In this document: piece after piece, positions 36,300 through 45,392 of the stretch
Position numbering within the stretch: position 1 is the first letter of the stretch
Layout of the letters: every line of letters begins with the position of its first letter
Assembly (NCBI GenBank): GCA_964549625.1
Contig: CAZJVA010000003.1
Coordinates: 12,967-76,966 of the forward strand
Direction: 5' to 3'
Length of the DNA stretch: 64,000 bases
From: an uncultured Candidatus Babeliaceae bacterium
GTDB taxonomy: Bacteria > Babelota > Babeliae > Babelales > Babelaceae
Translations under genes and position numbers: made by a program
The notes under the pieces: generated by a model
Told to the model about the DNA's origin: nothing
Databases searched by the model: none
What the model saw: the letters and a program-made list of their open reading frames with translations, nothing else

Positions 36300-37484
36300 T
36301 TATTGCCCGTAGTATATTTGAATGTCGCTAAAATCGTTGTTTTTGAAATTGGCGAAAATGTTATTCAGTTGTATTTTTTTATTTTTGAATTTTTGGTTGA
36401 AGGGTTTAAAAAGTAGAGGAAACCGAATAACCATTTGTGCAATTTTGGTCTTTACGAGACTTTTTTCTTGAAGATACTGAGCAAATGTTGATGGAGATTC
36501 CGGAAGTTCGGGGCCGAGGATTTCGACTAAGTGGGCGCAGGTTTTTTTAGAGTAAAATTTTTCAATGCGCCTTAAAAAATTTTTGAGCCATTTTTTACTG
36601 ACCCAATCTTCTATAAGGTTTGGGTTGTTGAATGACAGGTCATTGAGGCAGTGATAAATAACTTCTAAACTGTAATGCTGGCATTCAACTTGATTATCAT
36701 TTGATGGTAAATCTTTGATATATTTGCCGATGTGCTTCATGATACCAGGAAGGAGGCTGGCATGTTCTTCTGGTTCAAGCTGTGATAGGAGTTCAAAATA
36801 TTGTTTATGTGTTGCTTCTTCTAAAACGCAATTTGGGGCAGTTGTAAATCCTTTGATTAGAGATTTGATTAAGTAGAGGCGATGTTGCGTCATGAGCACT
36901 GTTTCATTAGATTCTGGGCAGCATGCTTTAATGACCGCCTCTAAAATTGCTTTTTCAATAATCTCGTTTTTTTGATAGTCCGATGTGATTGTGTGCTGTG
37001 TTACAAAGTTGTAGAGCATGCGCTCCCCGAACTCTTCTTCGAGGGAGTAAAAAAGTTCACGAAGCTCTTTGGATGGCAGCGTTTTGATGGCAAGGATTAT
37101 GTTTTCCAGCTTTTTTAGTGAAAGATCTTCTAGGTTTTTGTTGCTAAGTAGCGAAAAAATAGCGTCTTTTTTGTCACGAGCATTTTCTGTTTTTTTGATG
37201 GCAGAAACAAATTCTTGAGTACCATTTTTTTCACCAAAGAACATATTAAGAAAACTTTTTTCAAGAAGATCTATTTCGTGGTAAGGGTTGTTAAGTATTT
37301 CTGTTTCTTTGTGGGGATTGTATGGGTTTTGCGGCAAAAGTGGGGCTGTTCTCTGATGGCAAGTAATATTGAGACGGCGTTTTTTGTGCGGAGGTTTTTC
37401 CTGTTCGTTACTTCCAAATATAGGTGTTATAGCGGCATTTAGGAGTAGTAGGCACGATAAAATATCTATATAAATGTGTTTCAT
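36300..37484 (-). CDS. Secreted hypothetical protein, short PPxKKRR-motif paralog
   Basis: AAAGGAG lies 6 nt upstream of ATG 37484. The N-terminus is MKHIYIDILSCLLLLNAAITPIFG followed by EKPPHKKRRLN. The C-terminal domain is shared with the upstream 873-aa gene (CQHYSLEVIYHCL..., DFSDIQI). Confidence 0.75.
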   Translation of the reverse strand: MKHIYIDILSCLLLLNAAITPIFGSNEQEKPPHKKRRLNITCHQRTAPLLPQNPYNPHKETEILNNPYHEIDLLEKSFLNMFFGEKNGTQEFVSAIKKTENARDKKDAIFSLLSNKNLEDLSLKKLENIILAIKTLPSKELRELFYSLEEEFGERMLYNFVTQHTITSDYQKNEIIEKAILEAVIKACCPESNETVLMTQHRLYLIKSLIKGFTTAPNCVLEEATHKQYFELLSQLEPEEHASLLPGIMKHIGKYIKDLPSNDNQVECQHYSLEVIYHCLNDLSFNNPNLIEDWVSKKWLKNFLRRIEKFYSKKTCAHLVEILGPELPESPSTFAQYLQEKSLVKTKIAQMVIRFPLLFKPFNQKFKNKKIQLNNIFANFKNNDFSDIQIYYGQ

Positions 37485-37498
37485 GTTAGTCTCCTTTA

Positions 37499-40120
37499 TT
37501 ACTGCGTTTTTTTGAGACATATTTGAACGTCGCTAAATGGAGCGGTGATCTGGGTTTTTTTAGCGCGAAAATATGTGCGCAGATCTGTTTGATCACGCAT
37601 GTCCTGTTGTAATTTAATAAATTTATTTCCGCAAAGTGTAAGTACGTTTTGGGCCTTGGCTTCCAGCTTTTTAAGTTTTTTAAAGTTGTCATCATAGGTG
37701 TCGGTTAGGCCGAGCTCTTCGAGGATTTGCTTTGCTCCTCCATTGATAAAAGATGAGTCGTAGAACTGTGCAAGAGCCTCATTAATTGGTTGGAGCTGGC
37801 CTGTTAGCTTGAGTTTCGTTACTAAATCTTTTATTTCGTATTGATTTTTCTTCTGCTCCAGAAAGTCAAATATAGTGTTAAGTACGTAGTGCTGATGAAT
37901 CCATTCGTCAGTATCGGGGATATGCTCTTCACTAATGAGCTTGAGACTGTCGTACAAAAGGTTCTCTACAATAAGAGATTGCTTTTCGGTAGAAAGGTTG
38001 TCTGGTATTTGTGCATAAGAATAATACTCTTCTTCAGTGAGTTCTATTTGTGGTTTTTTCAGCAGAAGGCTGGTGAGGGAGTAAAAGATCTTCGAGTGTT
38101 GCTGCTTTTGCTTTTCTTTTAACTGCTTGGTTAAGGTTGTTTTTTTGAGTGATGTTAACAGGTGTTCAACTGAAGCTTTTTGTTCTGGGGTGTTCATGTA
38201 TTTAATAAGCCGATATAGCGTCTTGGGGTTGACGGAGAGCAGTGAAATTTTTGATTGCGGGGTTAATGTTGTGAGCATGTTTACTAATTGAAGAAACGCA
38301 CCTGTGCTCAGATTTCTTATTAAGGGAGAGCTTTCGGTCTCTGATTGGCTGGTGCATCGTGGTATGTCAACGTAGATTGAAACAAGTTTTTGTAAAAGCT
38401 TGTTTTTTGTCTTTGCAGGGAGAAGCTTAATTGTTTCTAGCAAATGCGAAGCGCTAATTTCATCAAGAAGGTAACCGCCCAAAAACGAATCATTCCGTAA
38501 AATGGCCCATTGTATTTGTGGCTCTAATTGTTGAAGGCTGTTGGCAAGGTTTGGCGCAACGGAAGAAGTTTGTCTGATGTGAGGGATGACATCTTGAAAA
38601 AGCTTGCTAGCAAAGAATCGTGCCTGGTTTTGTAAAGAGAATGTGCTGATATGCTTAGCGAACTTTTTCCAAAAGGTTGAACTGAGCTTTGATGCTGTGT
38701 AGTAGGGCTCAAAAATATTGCTATTGCAATCAGTTTCATCTTGCAATAGATATTCCATTTGGTCTTCTTCGGGCATCGTAGCAATTGTTTTTAAAAATTC
38801 TATGGCGACGGCGTCATCGATGATATGGTTCCATAATGTTGTTTTTTTCAAAAGGGCGTATTTAGCAAAGTTGGTTCGTTTTTGAAGTTCTTGCAAAAAG
38901 GTAATCTGTGTTTTGGGGGAAAATTTTTGTTGAAGGCGTGAGCCTTGAGAATAAAAAATTAGATCAGAGTATGTTTTCTGCAAGCCGTTTTCTATGTGAA
39001 AGTGTGCCCCTAGTTCCATAATAAGGGGGCGCATGAGGGGTTGCTGAAGTTGTGAGATAAATGTTATCTCATTGGCTTCTTGAGTCGTATTTAATAATTC
39101 TAGCAAGTTTTTTTCATTTTTTTCCTGCTCTGCTTGATGCTGTGATGCAGGTAGCTCTTTTTGCCAGTATGTGTTGCAATCCAGGCCACGGATAAGTTCA
39201 TCAATATAGTCGGCAATTACGATACGTTTCTCAGTTTTTAGCTCATTATTTAGAAGATTTTTGTGTTGTTTGTTTGCGAGCGCGCAGAGGGTTTGGCGGC
39301 TTGTTTGATCATAGCCCGCAAGTGTTATACGTCCTATTATTTTCATAATATGAAGGTTGGTAATTTTATTATCTGTTTGAAGGACGAGGCTTTTTAGGTG
39401 GAGGAGCAGTTGGCGGCAAAATTTTTGTTTTTCCTTGATTTCTGTTCGCAAAAGGAGCAGAAATGTTTCGTTCAAAAATTGTGCTTGTTTGCGTGGCGGT
39501 AAATTTGATATTTCGGCTAAAATCAGTGCAAATTCTTCGGGTTGGCTTATTTGATTTAGGCGTGTTGCCAGCTCACTAAGTTTGTTTATTTCTATTTGAT
39601 GTGCATGAATCTTGTTTGGGTTGGTCTGCGCAGCTCTTACTTGGCATATTTGGTTTATTTCTTTTGGAAATAACGCGTAGGTAGCAGGTTGTACGAGAGA
39701 TTCATATAGTGGTTGCCATGCCGTTTGATGACTAAAATCTTCGAATATTGGTTCTAGAGCGAGCATCATAAAGACGCGTTCTTTCGGCGTGCTCTGTAGT
39801 AATTGGTTGGCAAGCCAGTTGAATATTGCGGTGTGCTTGCTCAGGGGAACGAGTTCTCTAAATTCGGCAGCAATTTCTGCAGCAAGGGTGTTGGCTTTTT
39901 TAGCGTTGTTTAATTTTTCAGTAAGCAACGCGATTTGTTGCATAGGAAGGAGTGTGCGATATTGGTTCGTTGCTGTGTCTCTTGATTTAAATTCTTCGAT
40001 AGCGTTTTCAGTGTTTTCAATTCGACGTTTTTTCTGGGGTGGTTGATTGCCGGCTGGTAAAAACGAAAAATGAGTAAAACCTATTAGGATCAGCAAAAAA
40101 AAGTTACAAAAGTTTTTCAT
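37499..40120 (-). CDS. Secreted hypothetical protein, long PPxKKRR-motif paralog
   Basis: I prefer ATG 40120 (MKNFCNFFLLILIGFTHFSFLPAG followed by NQPPQKKRRIEN); the track starts at 40252. The body is helical and repeat-like. The C-terminus carries HQHYVLNTIFDFL... and PFSDVQI. Confidence 0.75.
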   Translation of the reverse strand: MKNFCNFFLLILIGFTHFSFLPAGNQPPQKKRRIENTENAIEEFKSRDTATNQYRTLLPMQQIALLTEKLNNAKKANTLAAEIAAEFRELVPLSKHTAIFNWLANQLLQSTPKERVFMMLALEPIFEDFSHQTAWQPLYESLVQPATYALFPKEINQICQVRAAQTNPNKIHAHQIEINKLSELATRLNQISQPEEFALILAEISNLPPRKQAQFLNETFLLLLRTEIKEKQKFCRQLLLHLKSLVLQTDNKITNLHIMKIIGRITLAGYDQTSRQTLCALANKQHKNLLNNELKTEKRIVIADYIDELIRGLDCNTYWQKELPASQHQAEQEKNEKNLLELLNTTQEANEITFISQLQQPLMRPLIMELGAHFHIENGLQKTYSDLIFYSQGSRLQQKFSPKTQITFLQELQKRTNFAKYALLKKTTLWNHIIDDAVAIEFLKTIATMPEEDQMEYLLQDETDCNSNIFEPYYTASKLSSTFWKKFAKHISTFSLQNQARFFASKLFQDVIPHIRQTSSVAPNLANSLQQLEPQIQWAILRNDSFLGGYLLDEISASHLLETIKLLPAKTKNKLLQKLVSIYVDIPRCTSQSETESSPLIRNLSTGAFLQLVNMLTTLTPQSKISLLSVNPKTLYRLIKYMNTPEQKASVEHLLTSLKKTTLTKQLKEKQKQQHSKIFYSLTSLLLKKPQIELTEEEYYSYAQIPDNLSTEKQSLIVENLLYDSLKLISEEHIPDTDEWIHQHYVLNTIFDFLEQKKNQYEIKDLVTKLKLTGQLQPINEALAQFYDSSFINGGAKQILEELGLTDTYDDNFKKLKKLEAKAQNVLTLCGNKFIKLQQDMRDQTDLRTYFRAKKTQITAPFSDVQICLKKTQ

Positions 40121-40203
40121 AAAAAAGGGGGCCTTGCGACTAGTGTTTATTGATAATATAGGTAAAAGCATACAATTTTTATTACGTTTGGTAAATATTG
40201 GGC

Positions 40204-41280
40204 CTACAGAAGGGGGCGCTGCTTTTGTATTTGCTTTTTCGAATAACGCCAAAGAGTATTGTGGTTGGAAAGTTTTTGTAAGACAAATTGACGGTCGTAT
40301 TCTCTTATTACTGCTTGTTCGTGGGCTTCTGCGAGAGCTATGGGATAGCCTTTTCCTTTACTCATTTGATCAGTAATCCATTGCATGCAGGCGTGTAGAG
40401 TTGATGGTTCTTTTGCGATCCATGATGGCACTTCGATTCGTCCGATTTCTTCGTTGTGATTGAGATAAACAAAATACGGGTGCAGCCTTTCGGGATATAG
40501 CCTGCTTATTGGTGCAGAAGTTTTGAATACGGGGGTGTAGTTCATATTAGGGAGCGTCTTTTGTAGCACTTCTAAATCGGTGTAGCCGTAGCAGGTTGTT
40601 TTTAGATTTGGGTTTTTGGCGACGATAAGGTCGATAAGGTCTCGACTTTTAGGTGCACTGATATAACTGCAATAGAAAGTCATATGATGCGAAATTTCTT
40701 GAAGGGCATGTAGATATTCGTAGAGAAAGTAGTCGGCATGTGGTGCGGGATTTTCTGGGGTTCCCAGGTGCCAAAATATTAGGGAACCATCAAAGACAAT
40801 AAGGTTGGGTTTTTGTTCTGCAATGGTGCGGGCGTATTTAAATTCATGGAGTGATCGCAGGGCGTCTGTAGCGCTTTCGCTGAGTGCCTCTTTTTGTAGG
40901 TGGGGCGGTAGGTCTTGCCGGGTGTAAATAATCGGATGGGATCCTAGCAAAGCAGTGCTTTTGGTTTCGCCATATGCAAATCCTGCATAACCAATATTAA
41001 TCAGTGCGGCGTGAACGCCAAAGTGACGGTCTGGATAGATTTGTGATCCATCAATAGCATAGATAGTGTACGGCTTGCTGGCTGGCGCGCAGGTGGTAAA
41101 TCCGTTGAGTGGTCCGTCCCACGTGGCAATAGGTTGTTTGGTCTCTGAAAAATTTTTATAGGTTGCGGTTTGGATGGAGCGCCAAGCGGTTAATACTTCG
41201 TTACATGTTTCTTGAAACCAAGCGTCTTCGTTTTTAAGGGCTTGAGATATTTTTTGTTCTAGCGCAAGGCGGTCAAGCAT
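40204..41280 (-). CDS. NurA-domain-like nuclease (candidate)
   Basis: YAIDGSQIYPD, LIVFDGSLIFW and the C-terminal KGKGYPIALAEAHEQAVI match my memory of the NurA (PF09376) pattern: DGS, DGsL and GYPy.L..A...A. The start is ATG 41280 or 41307, and it overlaps the stop of the upstream SufU-like gene. Confidence 0.5.
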   Translation of the reverse strand: MLDRLALEQKISQALKNEDAWFQETCNEVLTAWRSIQTATYKNFSETKQPIATWDGPLNGFTTCAPASKPYTIYAIDGSQIYPDRHFGVHAALINIGYAGFAYGETKSTALLGSHPIIYTRQDLPPHLQKEALSESATDALRSLHEFKYARTIAEQKPNLIVFDGSLIFWHLGTPENPAPHADYFLYEYLHALQEISHHMTFYCSYISAPKSRDLIDLIVAKNPNLKTTCYGYTDLEVLQKTLPNMNYTPVFKTSAPISRLYPERLHPYFVYLNHNEEIGRIEVPSWIAKEPSTLHACMQWITDQMSKGKGYPIALAEAHEQAVIREYDRQFVLQKLSNHNTLWRYSKKQIQKQRPLL

Positions 41281-41653
41281 GGGCAGATAACCCTTCTTTA
41301 AGGCCATTGAGAATGAAAACTAAAAGCGCAAATCGGCTTGGGCCAACTTCTAAAGGAAGAATCGTTTGGATCTCTTTGTCAGTTAATTGGAGGATATCCG
41401 CTATGTTTTTTCCTTCAGTATATTGGCAGAGAAGCTCTGCAAAAATCTGCCCTAACATTGAGCCATTTCCGCTAAAGGCGAGCTCCTTGATCATTCCATC
41501 TTCGATGACGCCACTAAAAGTTACCTGATCCCCGCATGCAGGGCTTTTGGCTTCTGCGGTCATGTTGGCATTTGAAATTGATTTTCGATGGGGTGCGTTT
41601 TTGTAGAGTTCTGCATATGTATCGCCATATAGCTTGGCATTTGCTTCAGGCAT
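41273..41653 (-). CDS. SufU/IscU-like protein lacking two of the three cluster-ligand cysteines
   Basis: YKNAPHRKSI...SPACGDQVTF...IKELAFSGNGSMLG...EGKNIADI aligns to SufU (YKNPRN...NPTCGD...FEGEGCSIS...). The GCSIS Cys is replaced (GNGSMLG), and the C-terminal R.KC..L Cys is replaced (SRFALLV). Confidence 0.6.
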   Translation of the reverse strand: MPEANAKLYGDTYAELYKNAPHRKSISNANMTAEAKSPACGDQVTFSGVIEDGMIKELAFSGNGSMLGQIFAELLCQYTEGKNIADILQLTDKEIQTILPLEVGPSRFALLVFILNGLKEGLSAHA

Positions 41654-42098
41654 AAAAACCTCTTGTTTTGGCGGGTGAGATAGCGTGTTTTATCTTAACG
41701 TATTTTTTGCGAAAGAAGGAAGCTACCTACGTTTTGTTAATTAGGTTTTGTGCCCTTACTTTATTATGTAAGAGGGTATTGGTTGTAGTAAGTTTTTTGA
41801 TTATTGAATTGCCGGCATAGACATGGGCGTGTAATTATTGTTCTTTGCTCGATACTGTTTTGCAAAAAACACCACTTAATGGAGCATAAACAAATATTGC
41901 TTGGAGCTCTGGTTGACATTAGGAGTTTGTTGCTACTTGTTGGTTGGCTTTTTCCTGCTTTTGAACTTTTGTTATTGAGAAGAGGTCTTGTTGTTTCATA
42001 TTGAGATCGAGGTGGCTTAATCTATCAGATTTTTTCTGCTTTTCTTCTTGTGAAATAATATTTACTTCTTTTAAATTGATTGGTTTTTTGAGTCGATT

Positions 42099-42962
42099 TT
42101 ATTCTTGGATGGTCTTTGTTAGGGTTGTTTTGAACTTATCAATATCGAGGAAGTTCATCGCATAGGGGTTATGGGTACGCAGCTCTGCGTCGTTTTTGGT
42201 GAAGGCCTCGAGTATTTTTTTGCAAAAAGCATGGAATGAAGCCTGTGTTAGCGAAAAAAATGGTTCATTGGGAACATCCGTATTAAAAAAGTTTTCTTTG
42301 CGTGGCGCGGTGCAAAAGATATTCATATTTACATCGACTAGCATGTAGCGATTGGCAAGTTCGCAATGATCCATGTATTCGTAATATTCTTGTGCATTAT
42401 TTTCGTTGCATTCAGCTCCAAATGAAAATCCAACTTCTTTTATTTGGTTTGGATCTTTTATATGTAGTTTTTCAACGAGATACTTCTTTATTTTTTTTAT
42501 CGATTTTATTTGGTTCATTTTTATTCTTTGGGCCCATTCGGGGGCTACGGTTGTGTTGGCAAATATTATGCCTGAGATTGGGGAGTTAGTAGCAGAATTT
42601 TTTATTTTTAGGACTTCTCGAGCTATTTTGTTAAGTTGTTCTATTTTATTGGCAAGACTGTAGTGAAATATTATTGTTTTTTGACCATTGGTAAGGGCAA
42701 TGAGATGGCATGGATAAAGTGGGCCGACGAGAGCTTTTTTTGTTGATCCTTTTTCTAGCACCATATATCGGGATTCTAAGAGTAGTGTTGTATCTTTTTT
42801 TTCTTGTTCGTCTAATCCTTTGTAGGGAAATGGCAGGACGATAGTTTTTTCTGTGCCGGGCTTTAGAATTGAGGGGAATGTATGGGTATAAAATTGCCCA
42901 GAAAATACCGCTAATGGACAAAGTGAAAAATAAAATACTACGGCGAGTTTAAAAGTTGACAT
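42099..42962 (-). CDS. Secreted Cys/His-motif ORFan family, paralog 1 of 4
   Basis: Signal-like N-terminus MSTFKLAVVFYFSLCPLAVFSG. Family motifs are VLPFPYKGLDEQEKK, YMVLEKG, ALVGPLYPCHLIAL, IIFH and CTAPRKENFF. Confidence 0.8.
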   Translation of the reverse strand: MSTFKLAVVFYFSLCPLAVFSGQFYTHTFPSILKPGTEKTIVLPFPYKGLDEQEKKDTTLLLESRYMVLEKGSTKKALVGPLYPCHLIALTNGQKTIIFHYSLANKIEQLNKIAREVLKIKNSATNSPISGIIFANTTVAPEWAQRIKMNQIKSIKKIKKYLVEKLHIKDPNQIKEVGFSFGAECNENNAQEYYEYMDHCELANRYMLVDVNMNIFCTAPRKENFFNTDVPNEPFFSLTQASFHAFCKKILEAFTKNDAELRTHNPYAMNFLDIDKFKTTLTKTIQE

Positions 42963-43123
42963 AACTGCTCCCAGCGTGAGGACTTTTTAATTTATATAGT
43001 CTTATAATATTTTTAATTTTCAACTTGCCAAGTTTTTTCAGCATAGATAAAGATTTCTTCGAGAATTTTTATGTACAACCAGCTCTCGACTAAGGCGAGT
43101 CAAGGGCTATTTGTTTTGCGCGT

Positions 43124-43636
43124 TTAGTTGGCAGGTTTCTCAAGTACGCAAAGGTTTCCGAAGCATTGTTTTTCTTTAAAGCCATGTTTTTTATAGAGCG
43201 CATATGCACCTGTATTTTCAACCTTGTTTGTATTTAGTCGGACTGTGGAATTTTTTAGGGAGGAGTTTAGCACATGGTTCAGGAGCTGGGTGCCAATACC
43301 TTGTGTTCGACAATTGTTCCGTACGAAAAGGGTCTCAATATAAGCATTTACTGGGGTTAGTTTGATAAATGCAATCATACCCACAACAATGGAGTCTTTG
43401 ATTGCAACGATTATTTGATATTTCTCAAACAGAGCTTCTATGTAGCGCGCTATTCGCTCGTTGCAAATAGTTGGGTCTTTGAAAAGGCTTTCCTTGGCTT
43501 CGGCCGTTTGGTGTAATGTGATACATTGAGGTAAATGGGTGTCTGTGTTCGCTGGAGTAGTTTTTACTGCAGTATGGATTATGTTTTTTGTACCCAATAA
43601 TAGAATGAACGCGGTTAATAAAAGGTTTTTTTTCAT
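43124..43636 (-). CDS. GNAT-family N-acetyltransferase with an N-terminal signal peptide
   Basis: N-terminus is MKKNLLLTAFILLLGTKNIIHTA. GNAT motif A is VRNNCRTQGIGTQLLNHVL, and the C-terminal motif is GAYALYKKHGFK. Confidence 0.85.
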   Translation of the reverse strand: MKKNLLLTAFILLLGTKNIIHTAVKTTPANTDTHLPQCITLHQTAEAKESLFKDPTICNERIARYIEALFEKYQIIVAIKDSIVVGMIAFIKLTPVNAYIETLFVRNNCRTQGIGTQLLNHVLNSSLKNSTVRLNTNKVENTGAYALYKKHGFKEKQCFGNLCVLEKPAN

Positions 43637-43645
43637 GTTTTTTTC

Positions 43646-44458
43646 TTATGCTAACTCGATAAAGTCGTCATGGTTATAGTGAGTAAAAGGTGAGGTGAAT
43701 TTGCTTTTTATTTCGGCTTTTTTGTAATTGCCCATAGCATCTTGAGTTTTCCTGCGGCGTTCTTCTATGTGCAGCTCGTTAAAAGTAGTCTTATTGAAGA
43801 TGTTTTCATGCATAAAACATATGCTCATTGGTTTAAATTCAGTGTTGAAGAAGACGCCAAGTTCAGCATATTCGTATTCGCCGAGTTCGTAATCTTGGTA
43901 CGGCGAGTGATATATTTTTGCGGCGATTTGTTTGCGATCGGCAATTTTGAAAAACGAAACGATGCAGTCTTTGATAGCTTTAACCTTTTCTGATTGTTTT
44001 TGACCTGTATAGGCTTTTGGGAAGATCCATTCAAACCGTGGGTCACATGCATTAGTGAAGATGAGGCCTGTAATATCCTTAGAATTTTGTATCTTGAGCT
44101 TTGCTTGTGCGTGTTCGCATAGCTTCTTAATGCTATTTGAGTCATGCAGGTGAAAAAAAACAGCGGTCCCTGTTTGGGTGTTTTTAAGTGCAACAAGTTT
44201 GCATGGTTGCAATGGACCAATAGCAACGGTTTTCTGAGAGTCTTTGCTTAAAGAGGTGAAGTGATATTCGGGTATAATAACGATGTTTTTTCGTTCTTCA
44301 TTAGATAAGTGTTTGTATTGAAATGGCAAAACAACGATTTTTTTCGATTGGTTGGGGAATAAGGTGAGTTTGTTCTGGCAAGTATAGAGCCTTGTTGCTG
44401 TGCAGGTTATTAATAAACAGCTGCTTGCGATTTTAAAGAAAGGGTGTTTGGTATTCAT
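43646..44458 (-). CDS. Secreted Cys/His-motif ORFan family, paralog 2 of 4
   Basis: Family motifs are VLPFQYKHLSNEERK, VAIGPLQPCKLVAL, VFFH, ITGLIF and ICFMHENIF. The N-terminus is hydrophobic. Confidence 0.8.
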   Translation of the reverse strand: MNTKHPFFKIASSCLLITCTATRLYTCQNKLTLFPNQSKKIVVLPFQYKHLSNEERKNIVIIPEYHFTSLSKDSQKTVAIGPLQPCKLVALKNTQTGTAVFFHLHDSNSIKKLCEHAQAKLKIQNSKDITGLIFTNACDPRFEWIFPKAYTGQKQSEKVKAIKDCIVSFFKIADRKQIAAKIYHSPYQDYELGEYEYAELGVFFNTEFKPMSICFMHENIFNKTTFNELHIEERRRKTQDAMGNYKKAEIKSKFTSPFTHYNHDDFIELA

Positions 44459-44494
44459 GATAATTTTCTCTTTATGATGTAAAATTGTTTGTTT

Positions 44495-45361
44495 TTATTT
44501 GATTTCTACGAATCCTGAGTATTCGTAATATTCGTACGCATAAGGATATTCTTGTTGAACTTTTTTAATGTTTTCTCGCTTGTTTAGTTCTTCTCGAAAT
44601 TTGCGTAGGCGTTTCTTTCGCGGTAATTTTTCAAGTCCAGGAATTTGAAATGCATTTTCATGCATAGGGCAGCAGCATGTTTTGTTTAAGTCTTTGTCTA
44701 CGATTATGAACGATTGGGCAAATGCATAATCTTTCAAGCTGGCATTATTGATGACTGGCATTATTTCGCCGACAATTTGGTCATGATCTTTTTCTGTAGC
44801 TGTTTGTTGAATTCCAAAAAATTTAACTATTTTGTTCCCAATGAATTTTAGTTTATCTCGCTGTGTTGCGTGCGTGCTTTGGTAGGGAAAGGGTCTTTCG
44901 GAGAGTTCTTTGTTAATAGCCTCGATATACCGGGAGGTTGCGGCGTAAAGAAAGCATTCTATATTGCTTGGACTTTTGATAGGGGCGAGTGCTTTTTCTG
45001 CTGTTTGACACAATTTAGTTGTATTGTTGCCATCGCTTTTATGAAAGATAGCAACTTTGCCATTCTCCTTGTTTTTGATAATAACAAGCTTGCAGGGACT
45101 GAGTGGGCCGACCAGTGCTTTTTTTGTGCAATTTTTTTCTAGAACGGTGTAATGGCATTCGGGAATGAAAATGAGATTGCCTTTTTCGTTTTCTGTTAAA
45201 GTCTGGTATTTGAAGGGTAAGCGAACCTCGGTTGGCGCCGTCCCTGGTTTTAGGACGAGGTGCTCGCTTATTCCTGCAAAAATTGACGCACCAACAAGTG
45301 CGGCCGATGCGCCGATAATAAGGCGAATGCTGATAATCGGTTGTTTCATAATCATACTCAT
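44495..45361 (-). CDS. Secreted Cys/His-motif ORFan family, paralog 3 of 4
   Basis: Family motifs are RLPFKYQTLTENEKG, YTVLEKN, ALVGPLSPCKLVII, AIFH and CCCPMHENAF, plus a basic PRKKRLRK stretch. I prefer ATG 45361/45349 over the track start 45433, which would overlap paralog 4. Confidence 0.8.
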   Translation of the reverse strand: MSMIMKQPIISIRLIIGASAALVGASIFAGISEHLVLKPGTAPTEVRLPFKYQTLTENEKGNLIFIPECHYTVLEKNCTKKALVGPLSPCKLVIIKNKENGKVAIFHKSDGNNTTKLCQTAEKALAPIKSPSNIECFLYAATSRYIEAINKELSERPFPYQSTHATQRDKLKFIGNKIVKFFGIQQTATEKDHDQIVGEIMPVINNASLKDYAFAQSFIIVDKDLNKTCCCPMHENAFQIPGLEKLPRKKRLRKFREELNKRENIKKVQQEYPYAYEYYEYSGFVEIK

Positions 45362-45392
45362 GGTCTTTGAGTGTACTTTACGTGTTTTCTTG

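Noticed and set aside
41919-42098. The reading frame of paralog 1 stays open for 59 more codons after its TAA stop; considered as read-through or a recent nonsense mutation
   Set aside because: The sense strand of minus genes is T-poor, so stop-free stretches arise easily. The extension (NRLKKPINLKEV...) shows no similarity to the C-termini of the other three paralogs. Paralog 1 is already full length relative to them.
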